Shown piece after piece: positions 42,601 through 57,300 of a stretch of DNA of 64,000 nt (position 1 is the stretch's first letter; each line of letters starts with the position of its first letter). This DNA comes from Antedon mediterranea (Eukaryota; Animalia; Echinodermata). A program made the position numbers and the translations under genes. Location of the stretch: assembly GCF_964355755.1 (NCBI RefSeq), contig NC_092676.1:12448771-12512770 (forward strand), given 5' to 3'. The notes beneath the pieces are model-generated. The model did no database searches. It saw nothing but the letters and a program-made list of their open reading frames with translations, and was not told where the DNA came from.

Positions 42601-45379
42601 TTGATTACACAAAAACATCAAAGTGCTTAAAATCACATTTAAAACCGTTTTAGAGCGTTTTGAGCATTTCGATAAACTTTTCACACAAAAACATCAAAGT
42701 GCACAAAATAGCTTCAAATCGCATTTAGAGATGTTTTAGACCATTTTGTGCATTTCGATAAAACTTTTCACACAAAAACATCAAATTGCACAAAAAAGCT
42801 TAATACCGTGTTTGAAATCGTTTTAAACCAATTTGAGCATGTCGAAAAAACTTTTCACACAAAAACATCAAAGTGCACAGAATATCTCCAAATCGCATTT
42901 GGAGACGTTTTAGACCATTTTGTGCATTTCGATGAAACTTGGTTACACAAAAACATCAAAGTGCTTAAAATCACATTTGAAACCGTTTTAGAGCATTTTG
43001 AGCATTTCGATAATACTTTTCACACAAAACATCAAAGTGTACAAAATAGCTTCAAATCGCATTTGGAGACGTTTTAGACCATTTTGTGCATTTCGATGAA
43101 ACTTGGTTACACAAAAACATCAAAGTGCTTAAAATCACATTTGAAACCGTTTTAGACCATTTTGAGCATTTCGATAAAACTTTTCACACAAAAAAATCAA
43201 AGTGCACAAAATAGCTTCAAATCGCATTTGGGGACGTTTTAGACTATTTTGTGCATTTCGAAAAAAATTGTTAACATAAAAAGACCAAAGTGTTTAGAAT
43301 ATCTCCAAATCGCATTTGGAGACGTTTTAAACCATTTTGTGCATTTCGATGGAACTTGGTTACACAAAAACATCAAAGTGCTTAAAATCACATTTAAAAG
43401 CGTTTTAGAGCATTTTTAGCATTTCGATAAAACTTTTCACACAAAAACATCAAAGTGTACAAAATAGCTTCAAATCGCATTTAGAGAGGTTTTAGACAAT
43501 TTTGTGCATTTCGATAAAACTTTTCACACAAAAACATCAAAGTGTACAAAATAGCTTCAAATTGCATTTAGAGACGTTTTAGACCATTTTGTGCATTTCG
43601 ATAAAACTTTTCACACAAAAACATCAAATTGCACAAAATCGTTTTAAACCATTTTAAATCGTTTTAAACCATTTTGAGCATGTCGATAAAACTTTTCACA
43701 AAAAACATAAAAAGTGCACAGAATAGCTTCAAATTGCATTTGGAGACGTTTTAGAGCATTTTGTGCATTTCGATAAAATGTGTTAACATAAAAAGACCAA
43801 AGTGTTTAGAATATCTTCAAATCACATTTGGAGACGTTTTAGACCATTTTTTGCATTTCGATGAAACTTGGTTACACAAAAACATCAAAGTGCTTAAAAT
43901 CACATTTGAAACCGTTTTAGAGCATTTTGAGCATTTCGATAAAACTTTTCACACAAAAACATCAAAGTGTACAAAATAGCTTCAAATCGCATTTAGAGAC
44001 GTTTTAGACCATTTTGTGCATTTCGAAAAAATTTGTTAACATAAAAAGACCAAAGTGTTTAGAATATCTCCAAATCGCATTTGGAGACGTTTTAGACCAT
44101 TTTGTGCATTTCGATGAAACTTGGTTACACAAAAACATCAAAGTGCTTAAAATCACATTTGAAACCGTTTTAGAGCATTTTTAGCATTTCGATAATACTT
44201 TTCACACAAAAACATCAAAGTGTACAAAATAGCTTCAAATCGCATTTGGAGACGTTTTAGACCATTTTGTGCATTTCGAAAAAATTTGTTAACATAAAAA
44301 GACCAAAGTGTTTAGAATATCTCCAAATCGCATTTGGAGACGTTTTAGACCATTTTGTGCATTTCGATGAAACTTGGTTACACAAAAACATCAAAGTGCT
44401 TAAAATCACATTTGAAACCGTTTTAGAGCATTTTTAGCATTTCGATAATACTTTTCACACAAAAACATCAAAGTGTACAAAATAGCTTCAAATCGCATTT
44501 GGAGACGTTTTAGACCATTTTGTGCATTTCGATGAAACTTGGTTACACAAAAACATCAAAGTGCTTAAAATCACATTTGAAACCGTTTTAGACCATTTTG
44601 AGCATTTCGATAAAACTTTTCACACAAAAAAATCAAAGTGCACAAAATAGCTTCAAATCGCATTTGGAGACGTTTTAGACTATTTTGTGCATTTTGAAAA
44701 AATTTGTTAACATAAAAAGACCAAAGTGTTTAGAATATCTCCAAATCGCATTTGGAGACGTTTTAGACCATTTTGTGCATTTCAATGAAACTTGGTTACA
44801 CAAAAACATCAAAGTGCTTAAAATCACATTTGAAACCGTTTTAGAGCATTTTTAGCATTTCGATAATACTTTTCACACAAAAACATCAAAGTGTACAAAA
44901 TAGCTTCAAATCGCATTTAGAGAGGTTTTAGACCATTTTGTGCATTTCGATAAAACTTTTCACACAAAAACATCAAAGTGTACAAAATAGCTTCAAATCG
45001 CATTTAGAGACGTTTTAGACCATTTTGTGCATTTCGATAAAACTTTTCACACAAAAACATCAAATTGCACAAAATAGCTTAATACCGTGTTTGAAATCGT
45101 TTTAAACCATTTTGAGCATGTCGATAAAACTTTTCACAAAAAAACATCAAAGTGTTTAGAATATCTCCAAATCGCATTTGGAGACGTTTTAGACCATTTT
45201 GTGCATTTCGATGAAACTTGGTTACACAAAAACATCAAAGTGCTTAAAATCACATTTGAAACCGTTTTAGAGCATTTTGAGCATTTCGATAAAACTTTTC
45301 AAACAAAAACATCAAAGTGTACAAAATAGCTTCAAATCACATTTGAAACCGTTTTAGACCATTTTGAGCATTTCGATAA

Positions 45380-48300
45380 AACTTTTCACACAAAAACATC
45401 AAAGTGTACAAAATAGCTTCAAATCGCATTTAGAGACGTTTTAGACCATTTTGTGCATTTCGATAAAACTTTTCACACAAAAACATCAAATTGCACAAAA
45501 TAGCTTAATACCGTGTTTGAAATCGTTTTAAACCATTTTGAGCATGTCGATAAAACTTTTCACAAAAAAACATCAAAGTGCACAGAATAGCTTCAAATCG
45601 CATTTGGAGACGTTTTAAACCATTTTGAGCATTTCGATAAAACTTTTCACACAAAAACATCAAAGTGTACAAAATAGCTTCAAATCGCATTTAGAGAGGT
45701 TTTAGACCATTTTGTGCATTTCGATAAAACTTTTCACACAAAAACATCAAATTGCACAAAATAGCTTAATATCGTGTTTGAAAACGTTTTAAACCATTTT
45801 GAGCATGTCGATAAAACTTTTCACACAAAAATATCAAAGCGCACAGAATATCTTCAAATCGCATTTAGAGACGTTTTAGACCATTTTGTGCATTTCGAAA
45901 AAATTGTTAACATAAAAAGACCAAAGTGTTTAGAATATCTCCAAATCGCATTTGGAGACGTTTTAGACCATTTTGTGCATTTCGATGAAACTTGATTACA
46001 CAAAAACATCAAAGTGCTTAAAATCACATTTAAAACAGTTTTAGAGCGTTTTGAGCATTTCGATAAACTTTTCACACAAAAACATCAAAGTGCACAAAAT
46101 AGCTTCAAATCGCATTTAGAGATGTTTTAGACCATTTTGTGCATTTCGATAAAACTTTTCACACAAAAACATCAAATTGCACAAAAAAGCTTAATACCGT
46201 GTTTGAAATCGTTTTAAACCAATTTGAGCATGTCGAAAAAACTTTTCACACAAAAACATCAAAGTGCACAGAATATCTTCAAATCGCATTTAGAGACGTT
46301 TTAGACCATTTTGTGCATTTCGAAAAAATTTGTTAACATAAAAAGACCAAAGTGTTTAGAATATCTCCAAATCGCATTTGGAGACGTTTTAGACCATTTT
46401 GTGCATTTCGATGAAACTTGGTTACACAAAAACATCAAAGTGCTTAAAATCACATTTGAAACCGTTTTAGAGCATTTTGAGCATTTCGATAAAACTTTTC
46501 ACACAAAAACATCAAAGTGTACAAAATAGCTTCAAATCACATTTGAAACCGTTTTAGACCATTTTGAGCATTTCGATAAAACTTTTCACACAAAAACATC
46601 AAAGTGTACAAAATAGCTTCAAATCGCATTTGGAGACGTTTTAGACCATTTTGTGCATTTCGATGAAACTTGGTTACACAAAAACATCAAAGTGCTTAAA
46701 ATCACATTTGAAACCGTTTTAGAGCATTTTTAGCATTTCGATAATACTTTTCACACAAAAACATCAAAGTGTACAAAATAGCTTAAAAACGCATTTGGAG
46801 ACGTTTTAGACCATTTTGTGCATTTCGATGAAACTTGGTTACACAAAAACATCAAAGTGCTTAAAATCACATTTGAAATCGTTTTAGACCATTTTGAGCA
46901 TTTCGATAAAACTTTTCACACAAAAAAATCAAAGTGCACAAAATAGCTTCAAATCGCATTTGGAGACGTTTTAGACTATTTTGTGCATTTCGAAAAAATT
47001 TGTTAACATAAAAAGACCAAAGTGTTTAGAATATCTCCAAATCGCATTTGGAGACGTTTTAAATCATTTTGTGCATTTCGATGGAACTTGGTTACACAAA
47101 AACATCAAAGTGCTTAAAATCACATTTAAAACCGTTTTAGAGCATTTTGAGCATTTCGATAAAACTTTTCACACAAAAACATCAAAGTGTACAAAATAGC
47201 TTCAAATCGCATTTAGAGAGGTTTTAGACCATTTTGTGCATTTCGATAAAACTTTACACACAAAAACATCAAAGTGTACAAAATAGCTTCAAATCGCATT
47301 TAGAGACGTTTTAGACCATTTTGTGCATTTCGATAAAACTTTTCACACAAAAACATCAAATTGCACAAAATAGCTTAATATCGTGTTTGAAAACGTTTTA
47401 AACCATTTTGAGCATGTCGATAAAACTTTTCACACAAAAATATCAAAGTGCACAGAATATCTTCAAATCGCATTTAGAGACGTTTTAGACCATTTTGTGC
47501 ATTTCGAAAAAATTTGTTAACATAAAAAGACCAAAGTGTTTAGAATATCTCCAAATCGCATTTGGAGACGTTTTAGACCATTTTGTGCATTTCGATGAAA
47601 CTTGGTTACATAAAAACATCAAAGTGCTTAAAATCACATTTAAAACCGTTTTAGAGCGTTTTGAGCATTTCGATAAACTTTTCACACAAAAACATCAAAG
47701 TGCACAAAATAGCTTCAAATCGCATTTAGAGATGTTTTAGACCATTTTGTGCATTTCGAAAAAACTTTTCACACAAAAACATCAAATTGCACACAATAGC
47801 TTAATACCGTGTTTGAAATCGTTTTAAACCATTTTGAGCATGTCGATAAAACTTTTCACACAAAAACATCAAAGTGCACAGAATATCTTCAAATCGCATA
47901 TAGAGACGTTTTAGACCATTTTGTGCATTTCGAAAAAATTTGTTAACATTAAAAGACCAATGTGTTTAGAATATCTCCAAATCGCATTTGGAGACGTTTT
48001 AGACCATTTTGTGCATTTCGATGAAACTTGGTTACACAAAAACATCAAAGTGCTTAAAATCACATTTGAAACCGTTTTAGAGCATTTTGAGCATTTCGAT
48101 AAAACTTTTCACACAAACACATCAAAGTGTACAAAATAGCTTCAAATAACATTTGAAACCGTTTTAGACCATTTTGAGCATTTCGATAAAACTTTTCACA
48201 CAAAAACATCAAAGTGTACAAAATGGCTTCAAATCGCATTTGGAGACGTTTTAGAGCATTTTGAGCATTTCGATCAAACTTTTCACACAAAAACATCAAA

Positions 48301-51300
48301 GTGTACAAAATAACTTCAAATCGCATTTAGAGACGTTTTAGACCATTTTGTGCATTTTGGTAAAACTTTTCACACAAAAACATCAAATTGCACAAAATAG
48401 CTTAATATCGTGTTTGAAAACGTTTTAAACCATTTTGAGCATGTCGATAAAACTTTTCACATAAAAATATCAAAGTGCACAGAATAGCTTCAAATCGCAT
48501 TTGGAGACGTTTTAGACCATTTTGTGCATTTTGGTAAAACTTTTCACACAAAAACATCAAATTGCACAAAATAGCTTAATATCGTGTTTGAAAACGTTTT
48601 AAACCATTTTGAGCATGTCGATAAAACTTTTCACTCAAAAATATCAAAGTGCACAGAATATCTTCAAATCGCATTTAGAGACGTTTTAGACCATTTTGTG
48701 CATTTTCAAAAAATTTGTTAACATAAAAAGACCAAAGTGTTTAGAATATCTCCAAATCGCATTTGGAGACGTTTTAGACCATTTTGTGTTTTTCGAAAAA
48801 ACTTTTCACACAAAAACATCAAAGTGTACAAAATTGCTTCAAATCGCATTTGGAGACGTTTTAGACCATTTTGTGCATTTTGGTAAAACTTTTCACACAA
48901 AAACATCAAAATTCACAAAATAGCTTAATATCGTGTTTGAAAACGTTTTAAACCATTTTGAGCATGTCGATAAAACTTTTCACTCAAAAATATCAAAGTG
49001 CACAGAATATCTTCAAATCGCATTTAGAGACGTTTTAGACCATTTTGTGCATTTCGAAAAAAATTGTTAACATAAAAAGACCAAAGTGTTTAGAATATCT
49101 CCAAATCGCATTTGGAGACGTTTTAGACCATTTTGCGCATTTCGATGAAACTTGGTTACACAAAAACATCAAAGTGCTTAAAATCACATTTAAAACCGTT
49201 TTAGAGCGTTTTGAGCATTTCGATAAACTTTTCAAACAAAAACATCAAAGTGTACAAAATAGCTTCAAATCGTATTTGGAGACGTTTTAGACCATTTTGT
49301 GCGTTTCGATGAATCTTGGTTACACAAAAACATCAAAGTGCTTAAAATCACATTTAAAACCGTTTTAGTGCATTTTGAGCATTTCGATAAAACTTTTCAC
49401 ACAAAAACATCAAAGTGCACAAAATAGCTTCAAATCGCATTTAGAGATGTTTTAGACCATTTTGTGCGTTTCGATAAAACTTTTCACACAAAAACATCAA
49501 ATTGCACAAAATAGCTTAATATCGTGTTTGAAAACGTTTTAGACCATTTTGAGCATGTCGATAAAACTTTTCACACAAAAACATAAAAGTGCACAAAATA
49601 GCTTCAAATCGCATTTAGAGATGTTTTAGACCATTTTGTGCGTTTCGATAAAACTTTTCACACAAAAACATCAAATTGCACAAAATAGCTTAATATCGTG
49701 TTTGAAAACGTTTTAGACCATTTTGAGCATGTCGATAAAACTTTTCACACAAAAACATAAAAGTGCACAGAATAGCTTCAAATCGCATTTGGAGACGTTT
49801 TAGACCATTTTGTGCATTTCGAAAAAACTTTTTAACATAAAAACACCAAAGTGCTTAGAATAGCTTCAAATCGCATTTGGAGACGTTTTAGACCATTTTG
49901 TGCATTTCGATGAAACTTGGTTACACAAAAACATCAAAGTGCTTAAAATCACATTTGAAACCGTTATAGAGCATTTTTAGCATTTCGATAAAACTTTTCA
50001 CACAAAAACATCAAAGTGTACAAAATAGCTTCAAATCACATTTGAAACCGTTTTAGACCATTTTGAGCATTTCGATAAAACTTTTCACACAAAAACATCA
50101 AAGTGTACAGAATAGCTTCAAATCGCATTTGGAGACGTTTTAGACCATTTTGTGCATTTCGATGAAACTTGGTTACACAAAAACATCAAAGTGCTTAAAA
50201 TCACATTTGAAACCGTTTTAGAGCATTTTTAACATTTCGATAATACTTTTCACACAAAAACATCAAAGTGTACAAAATAGCTTCAAATCACATTTGAAAC
50301 CGTTTTAGACCATATTGAGCATTTCGATAAAACTTTTCACACAAAAACATCAAAGTGTACAAAATAGCTTCAAATCGCATTTGGAGACGTTTTAGACCAT
50401 TTTGTGCATTTCGATGAAACTTGGTTACACAAAAACATCAAAGTGCTTAAAATCACATTTGAAAGCGTTTTAGAGCATTTTTAGCATTTCGATAATACTT
50501 TTCACACAAAAACATCAAAGTGCACAAAATAGCATCAAATCGCATTTAGAGATGTTTTAGACCATTTTGTGCATTTCGATAAAACTTTTCACACAAAAAC
50601 ATCAAATTGCACAAAATAGCTTAATACCGTGTTTGAAATCATTTTAAACCATTTTGAGCATGTCGATAAAACTTTTCACACAAAAACATCAAAGTGTTTA
50701 GAATATCTCCAAATCGCATTTGGAGACGTTTTAGACCATTTTGTGCATTTCGATGAAACTTGGTTACACAAAAACATCAAAGTGCTTAAAATCACATTTG
50801 AAACCGTTTTAGAGCATTTTGAGCATTTCGATAAAACTTTTCAAACAAAAACATCAAAGTGTACAAAATAGCTTCAACTCACATTTGAAACCGTTTTAGA
50901 CCATTTTGAGCATTTCGATAAAACTTTTCACACAAAAACATCAAAGTGTACAAAATAGCTTCAAATCGCATTTGGAGACGTTTTAGACCATTTTGTGCAT
51001 TTCGATGAAACTTGGTTACACAAAAACATCAAAGTGCTTAAAATCACATTTGAAACCGTTTTAGAGCATTTTTAGCATTTCGATAATACTTTTCACACAA
51101 AACATCAAAGTGTACAAAATAGCTTCAAATCGCATTTGGAGACGTTTTAGACCATTTTGTGCATTTCGATGAAACTTGGTTACACAAAAACATCAAAGTG
51201 CTTAAAATCACATTTGAAACCGTTTTAGACCATTTTGAGCATTTCGATAAAACTTTTCACACAAAAAAATCAAAGTGCACAAAATAGCTTCAAATCGCAT

Positions 51301-54300
51301 TTGGGGACGTTTTAGACTATTTTGTGCATTTCGAAAAAAATTGTTAACATAAAAAGACCAAAGTGTTTAGAATATCTCCAAATCGCATTTGGAGACGTTT
51401 TAAACCATTTTGTGCATTTCGATGGAACTTGGTTACACAAAAACATCAAAGTGCTTAAAATCACATTTAAAACCGTTTTAGAGCATTTTTAGCATTTCGA
51501 TAAAACTTTTCACACAAAAACATCAAAGTGTACAAAATAGCTTCAAATCGCATTTAGAGAGGTTTTAGACAATTTTGTGCATTTCGATAAAACTTTTCAC
51601 ACAAAAACATCAAAGTGTACAAAATAGCTTCAAATTGCATTTAGAGACGTTTTAGACCATTTTGTGCATTTCGATAAAACTTTTCACACAAAAACATCAA
51701 ATTGCACAAAATCGTTTTAAACCATTTTAAATCGTTTTAAACCATTTTGAGCATGTCGATAAAACTTTTCACAAAAAACATCAAAGTGCACAGAATAGCT
51801 TCAAATTGCATTTGGAGACGTTTTAGAGCATTTTGTGCATTTCGATAAAATGTGTTAACATAAAAAGACCAAAGTGTTTAGAATATCTTCAAATCACATT
51901 TGGAGACGTTTTAGACCATTTTTTGCATTTCGATGAAACTTGGTTACACAAAAACATCAAAGTGCTTAAAATCACATTTGAAACCGTTTTAGAGCATTTT
52001 GAGCATTTCGATAAAACTTTTCACACAAAAACATCAAAGTGTACAAAATAGCTTCAAATCGCATTTAGAGACGTTTTAGACCATTTTTTGCATTTCGATG
52101 AAACTTGGTTACACAAAAACATCAAAGTGCTTAAAATCACATTTAAAACCGTTTTAGAGCATTTTTAGCATTTCGATAAAACTTTTCACACAAAAACATC
52201 AAAGTGTACAAAATAGCTTCAAATCGCATTTAGAGAGGTTTTAGACAATTTTGTGCATTTCGATAAAACTTTTCACACAAAAACATCAAAGTGTACAAAA
52301 TACCTTCAAATTGCATTTAGAGACGTTTTAGACCATTTTGTGCATTTCGATAAAACTTTTCACACAAAAACATCAAATTGCACAAAATCGTTTTAAACCA
52401 TTTTAAATCGTTTTAAACCATTTTGAGCATTTCGATAAAACTTTTCACAAAAAACATCAAAGTGCACAGAATAGCTTCAAATTGCATTTGGAGACGTTTT
52501 AGAGCATTTTGTGCATTTCGATAAAATGTGTTAACATAAAAAGACCAAAGTGTTTAGAATATCTTCAAATCACATTTGGAGACGTTTTAGACCATTTTTT
52601 GCATTTCGATGAAACTTGGTTACACAAAAACATCAAAGTGCTTAAAATCACATTTGAAACCGTTTTAGACCATTTTGAGCGTTTCGATAAAACTTTTCAC
52701 ACAAAAACATCAAAGTGCACAAAATAGCTTCAAATCGCATTTGGAGACGTTTTAGACTATTTTGTGCATTTCGAAAAAATTTGTTAACATAAAAAGACCA
52801 AAGTGTTTAGAATATCTCCAAATCGCATTTGGAGACGTTTTAAACCATTTTGTGCATTTCGATGGAACTTGGTTACACAAAAACATCAAAGTGCTTAAAA
52901 TCACATTTAAAACCGTTTTAGAGCATTTTGAGCATTTCGATAAAACTTTTCACACAAAAACATCAAAGTGTACAAAATAGCTTCAAATCGCATTTAGAGA
53001 CGTTTTAGACCATTTTGTGCATTTTGATAAAACTTTTCACACAAAAACATCAAATTGCACAAAATAGCTTAATATTGTGTTTGAAAACGTTTTAAACCAT
53101 TTTGAGCATGTCGATAAAACTTTTCACACAAAAATATCAAAGTGCCCAGAATATCTTCAAATCGCATTTAGAGACGTTTTAGACCATTTTGTGCATTTCG
53201 AAAAAATTTGTTAACATAAAAAGACCAAAGTGTTTAGATTATCTCCAAATCGCATTTGGAGACGTTTTAGACCATTTTGTGTTTTTCGAAAAAACTTTTC
53301 ACACAAAAACATCAAAGTGTACAAAATTGCTTCAAATCGCATTTAGAGAGGTTTTAGACCATTTTGTGCATTTCGATAAAACTTTTCACACAAAAACATC
53401 AAAGTGCACAGAATATCTTAATACCGTGTCTGAAATCGTTTTAAACCATTTTGAGCATGTCGATAAAACTTTTCACACAAAAACATCAAAGTGCACAGAA
53501 TATCTTCAAATCGCATTTGGAGACGTTTTAGACCATTTTGTGCATTCCGATGAAACTTGGTTACACAAAAACATCAAAGTGCTTAAAATCACATTTGAAA
53601 CCGTTTTAGAGCATTTTTAGCATTTCGATAATACTTTTCACACAAAAACATCAAAGTGTACAAAATAGCTTCAAATCGCATTTGGAGACGTTTTAGACCA
53701 TTTTGTGCATTTCGATGAAACTTGGTTACACAAAAACATCAAAGTGCTTAAAATCACATTTGAAACCGTTTTAGACCATTTTGAGCATTTCGATAAAACT
53801 TTTCACACAAAAAAATCAAAGTGCACAAAATAGCTTCAAATCGCATTTGGGGACGTTTTAGACTATTTTGTGCATTTCGAAAAAATTTGTTAACATAAAA
53901 AGACCAAAGTGTTTAGAATATCTCCAAATCGCATTTGGAGACGTTTTAAACCATTTTGTGCATTTCGATGGAACTTGGTTACACAAAAACATCAAAGTGC
54001 TTAAAATCACATTTAAAACCGTTTTAGAGCATTTTTAGCATTTCGATAAAACTTTTCACACAAAAACATCAAAGTGTACAAAATAGCTTCAAATCACATT
54101 TGAAACCGTTTTAGACCATTTTGAGCATTTCGATAAAACTTTTCACACAAAAACATTAAAGTGTACAAAATAGCTTCAAATCGCATTTGGAGACGTTTTA
54201 GACCATTTTGTGCATTTCGATGAAACTTGGTTACACAAAAACATCAAAGTGCTTAAAATCACATTTGAAACCGTTTTAGAGCATTTTTAGCATTTCGATA

Positions 54301-57300
54301 AATACTTTTCACACAAAAACATCAAGGTGTACAAAATAGCTTCAAATCGCATTTGGAGACGTTTTAGACCATTTTGTGCATTTCGATGAAACTTGGTTAC
54401 AAAAAAACATCAAAGTGCTTAAAATCACATTTGAAACCGTTTTAGACCATTTTGAGCATTTCGATAAAACTTTTCACACAAAAACATCAAATTGCACAAA
54501 ATAGCTTAATATCGTGTTTGAAAACGTTTTAGACCATTATGAGCATGTCGATAAAACTTTTCACACAAAAACATAAAAGTGAACAGAATAGCTTCAAATT
54601 GCATTTGGAGACCTTTTAGAGCATTTTGTGCATTTCGATAAAATGTGTTAATATAAAAAGACCAAAGTGTTTAGAATATCTTCAAATCACATTTGGAGAC
54701 GTTTTAGACCATTTTTTGCATTTCGATGAAACTTGGTTACACAAAAACATCAAAGTGCTTAAAATCACATTTAAAACCGTTTTAGAGCATTTTGAGCATT
54801 TCGATAAAACTTTTGACACAAAAACATCAAAGTGTACAAAATAGCTTCAAATCGAATTTAGAGAGGTTTTATACCATTTTGTGCATTTCGATAAAACTTT
54901 TCACAAAAAAACATCAAAGTGTACAAAATAACTTCAAATCGCATTTAGAGACGTTTTAGACCATTTTGTGCATTTTGATAAAACTTTTCACACAAAAACA
55001 TCAAATTGCACAAAATAGCTTAATACCGTGTTTGAAATCGTTTTAAACCATTTTGAGCATGTCGATAAAACTTTTCACAAAAAAACATCAAAGTGCACCG
55101 AATAGCTTCAAATCGCATTTGGAGACGTTTTAAACCATTTTGTGCATTTCGATAAAACTTTTCACATAAAAACATGAAAGTGTACAAAATAGCTTCAAAT
55201 CGCATTTAGAGACGTTTTAGACCATTTTGGGCATTTCGATGAAACTTAGTTACACAAATACATAAAAGTCCTTAAAATCACATTTCAAACCGTTTTAGAG
55301 CATTTTGAGCATTTCGTTAAAACTTTTCACACAAAAACATCAAAGTGCACAAAATAGCTTCAAATCGCATTTAGAGATGTTTTAGACCATTTTGTGCAAT
55401 TCGATAAAACTTTTCACACAAAAACATCAAATTGCACAAAATAGCTTAATATCGTGTTTGAAAACGTTTTAGACCATTTTGAGCATGTCGATAAAACTTT
55501 TCACACAAAAACATAAAAGTGAACAGAATAGCTTCAAATTGCATTTGGAGACGTTTTAGAGCATTTTGTGCATTTCGATAAAATGTGTTAACATAAAAAG
55601 ACCAAAGTGTTTAGAATATCTTCAAATCACATTTGGAGACGTTTTAGACCATTTTTTGCATTTCGATGAAACTTGGTTTCACAAAAACATCAAAGTGCTT
55701 AAAATCACATTTAAAACCGTTTCAGAGCATTTTGAGCATTTCGATAAAACTTTTCACACAAAAACATCAAAGTTTACAAAATAGCTTCAAATCGCATTTA
55801 GAGAGGTTTTAGACCATTTTGTGCATTTCGATAAAACTTTTCACACAAAAACATCAAAGTGTACAAAATAACTTCAAATCGCATTTAGAGACGTTTTAGA
55901 CCATTTTGTGCATTTTGATAAAACTTTTCACACAAAAACATCAAAGTGCACAAAATAGCTTCAAATCGCATTTAGAGATGTTTTAGACCATTTTGTGCAT
56001 TTCGATAAAACTTTTCACACAAAAACATCAAATTGCACAAAATAGCTTAATACCGTGTTTGAAATCGTTTTAAACCATTTTGAGCATGTCGATAAAACTT
56101 TTCACAAAAAAACATCAAAGTGCACAGAATAGCTTCAAATCGCATTTGGAGACGTTTTAAACCATTTTGTGCATTTCGATAAAACTTTTCACATAAAAAC
56201 ATCAAAGTGTCCAAAATAGCTTCAAATCGCATTTAGAGACGTTTTAGACCATTTTGGGCATTTATAAAAGTGCTTAAAATCACATTTCAAACCGTTTTAG
56301 AGCATTTTGAGCATTTCGATAAAACTTTTCACACAAAAACATCAAAGTGCACAAAATAGCTTCAAATCGCATTTAGAGATGTTTTAGACCATTTTGTGCA
56401 TTTCGATAAAACTTTTCACACAAAAACATAAAAGTGAACAGAATAGCTTCAAATTGCATTTGGAGACGTTTTAGAGCATTTTGTGCATTTCGATAAAATG
56501 TGTTAACATAAAAAGACCAAAGTGTTTAGAATATCTTCAAATCACATTTGGAGACGTTTTAGACCATTTTTGGCATTTCGATGAAACTTGGTTACACAAA
56601 AACATCAAAGTGCTTAAAATCACATTTAAAACCGTTTTAGAGCATTTTGAGCATTTCGATAAAACTTTTCACACAAAAACATCAAAGTGTACAAAATAGC
56701 TTCAAATCGCATTTAGAGAGGTTTTAGACCATTTTGTGCATTTCGATAAAACTTTTCACACAAAAACATCAAAGTGTACAAAATAACTTCAAATCGTATT
56801 TAGAGACGTTTTAGACCATTTTGTGCATTTTGATAAAACTTTTCACACAAAAACATCAAATTGCACAAAATAGCTTAATATCGTGTTTGAAAACGTTTTA
56901 AACCATTTTGAGCATGTCGATAAAACTTTTCACACAAAAATATCAAAGTGCACAGAATATCTTCAAATCGCATTTAGAGACGTTTTAGACCATTTTGTGC
57001 ATTTCGAAAAAATTTGTTAACATAAAAAGACCAAAGTGTTTAGAATATCTCCAAATCGCATTTGGAGACGTTTTAGACCATTTTGTGTTTTTCGAAAAAC
57101 TTTTCACACAAAAACATCAAAGTGTAGAAAATTGCTTCAAATCGCATTTAGAGACGTTTTAGACCATTTTGTGCATTTCGAAAAAACTTTTTAAAATAAA
57201 AACACCAAAGTGCTTAGAATAGCTTCAAATCGCATTTGGAGACGTTTTAGACCATTTTGTGCATTTCGATGAAACTTGGTTACACAAAAACATCAAAGTG

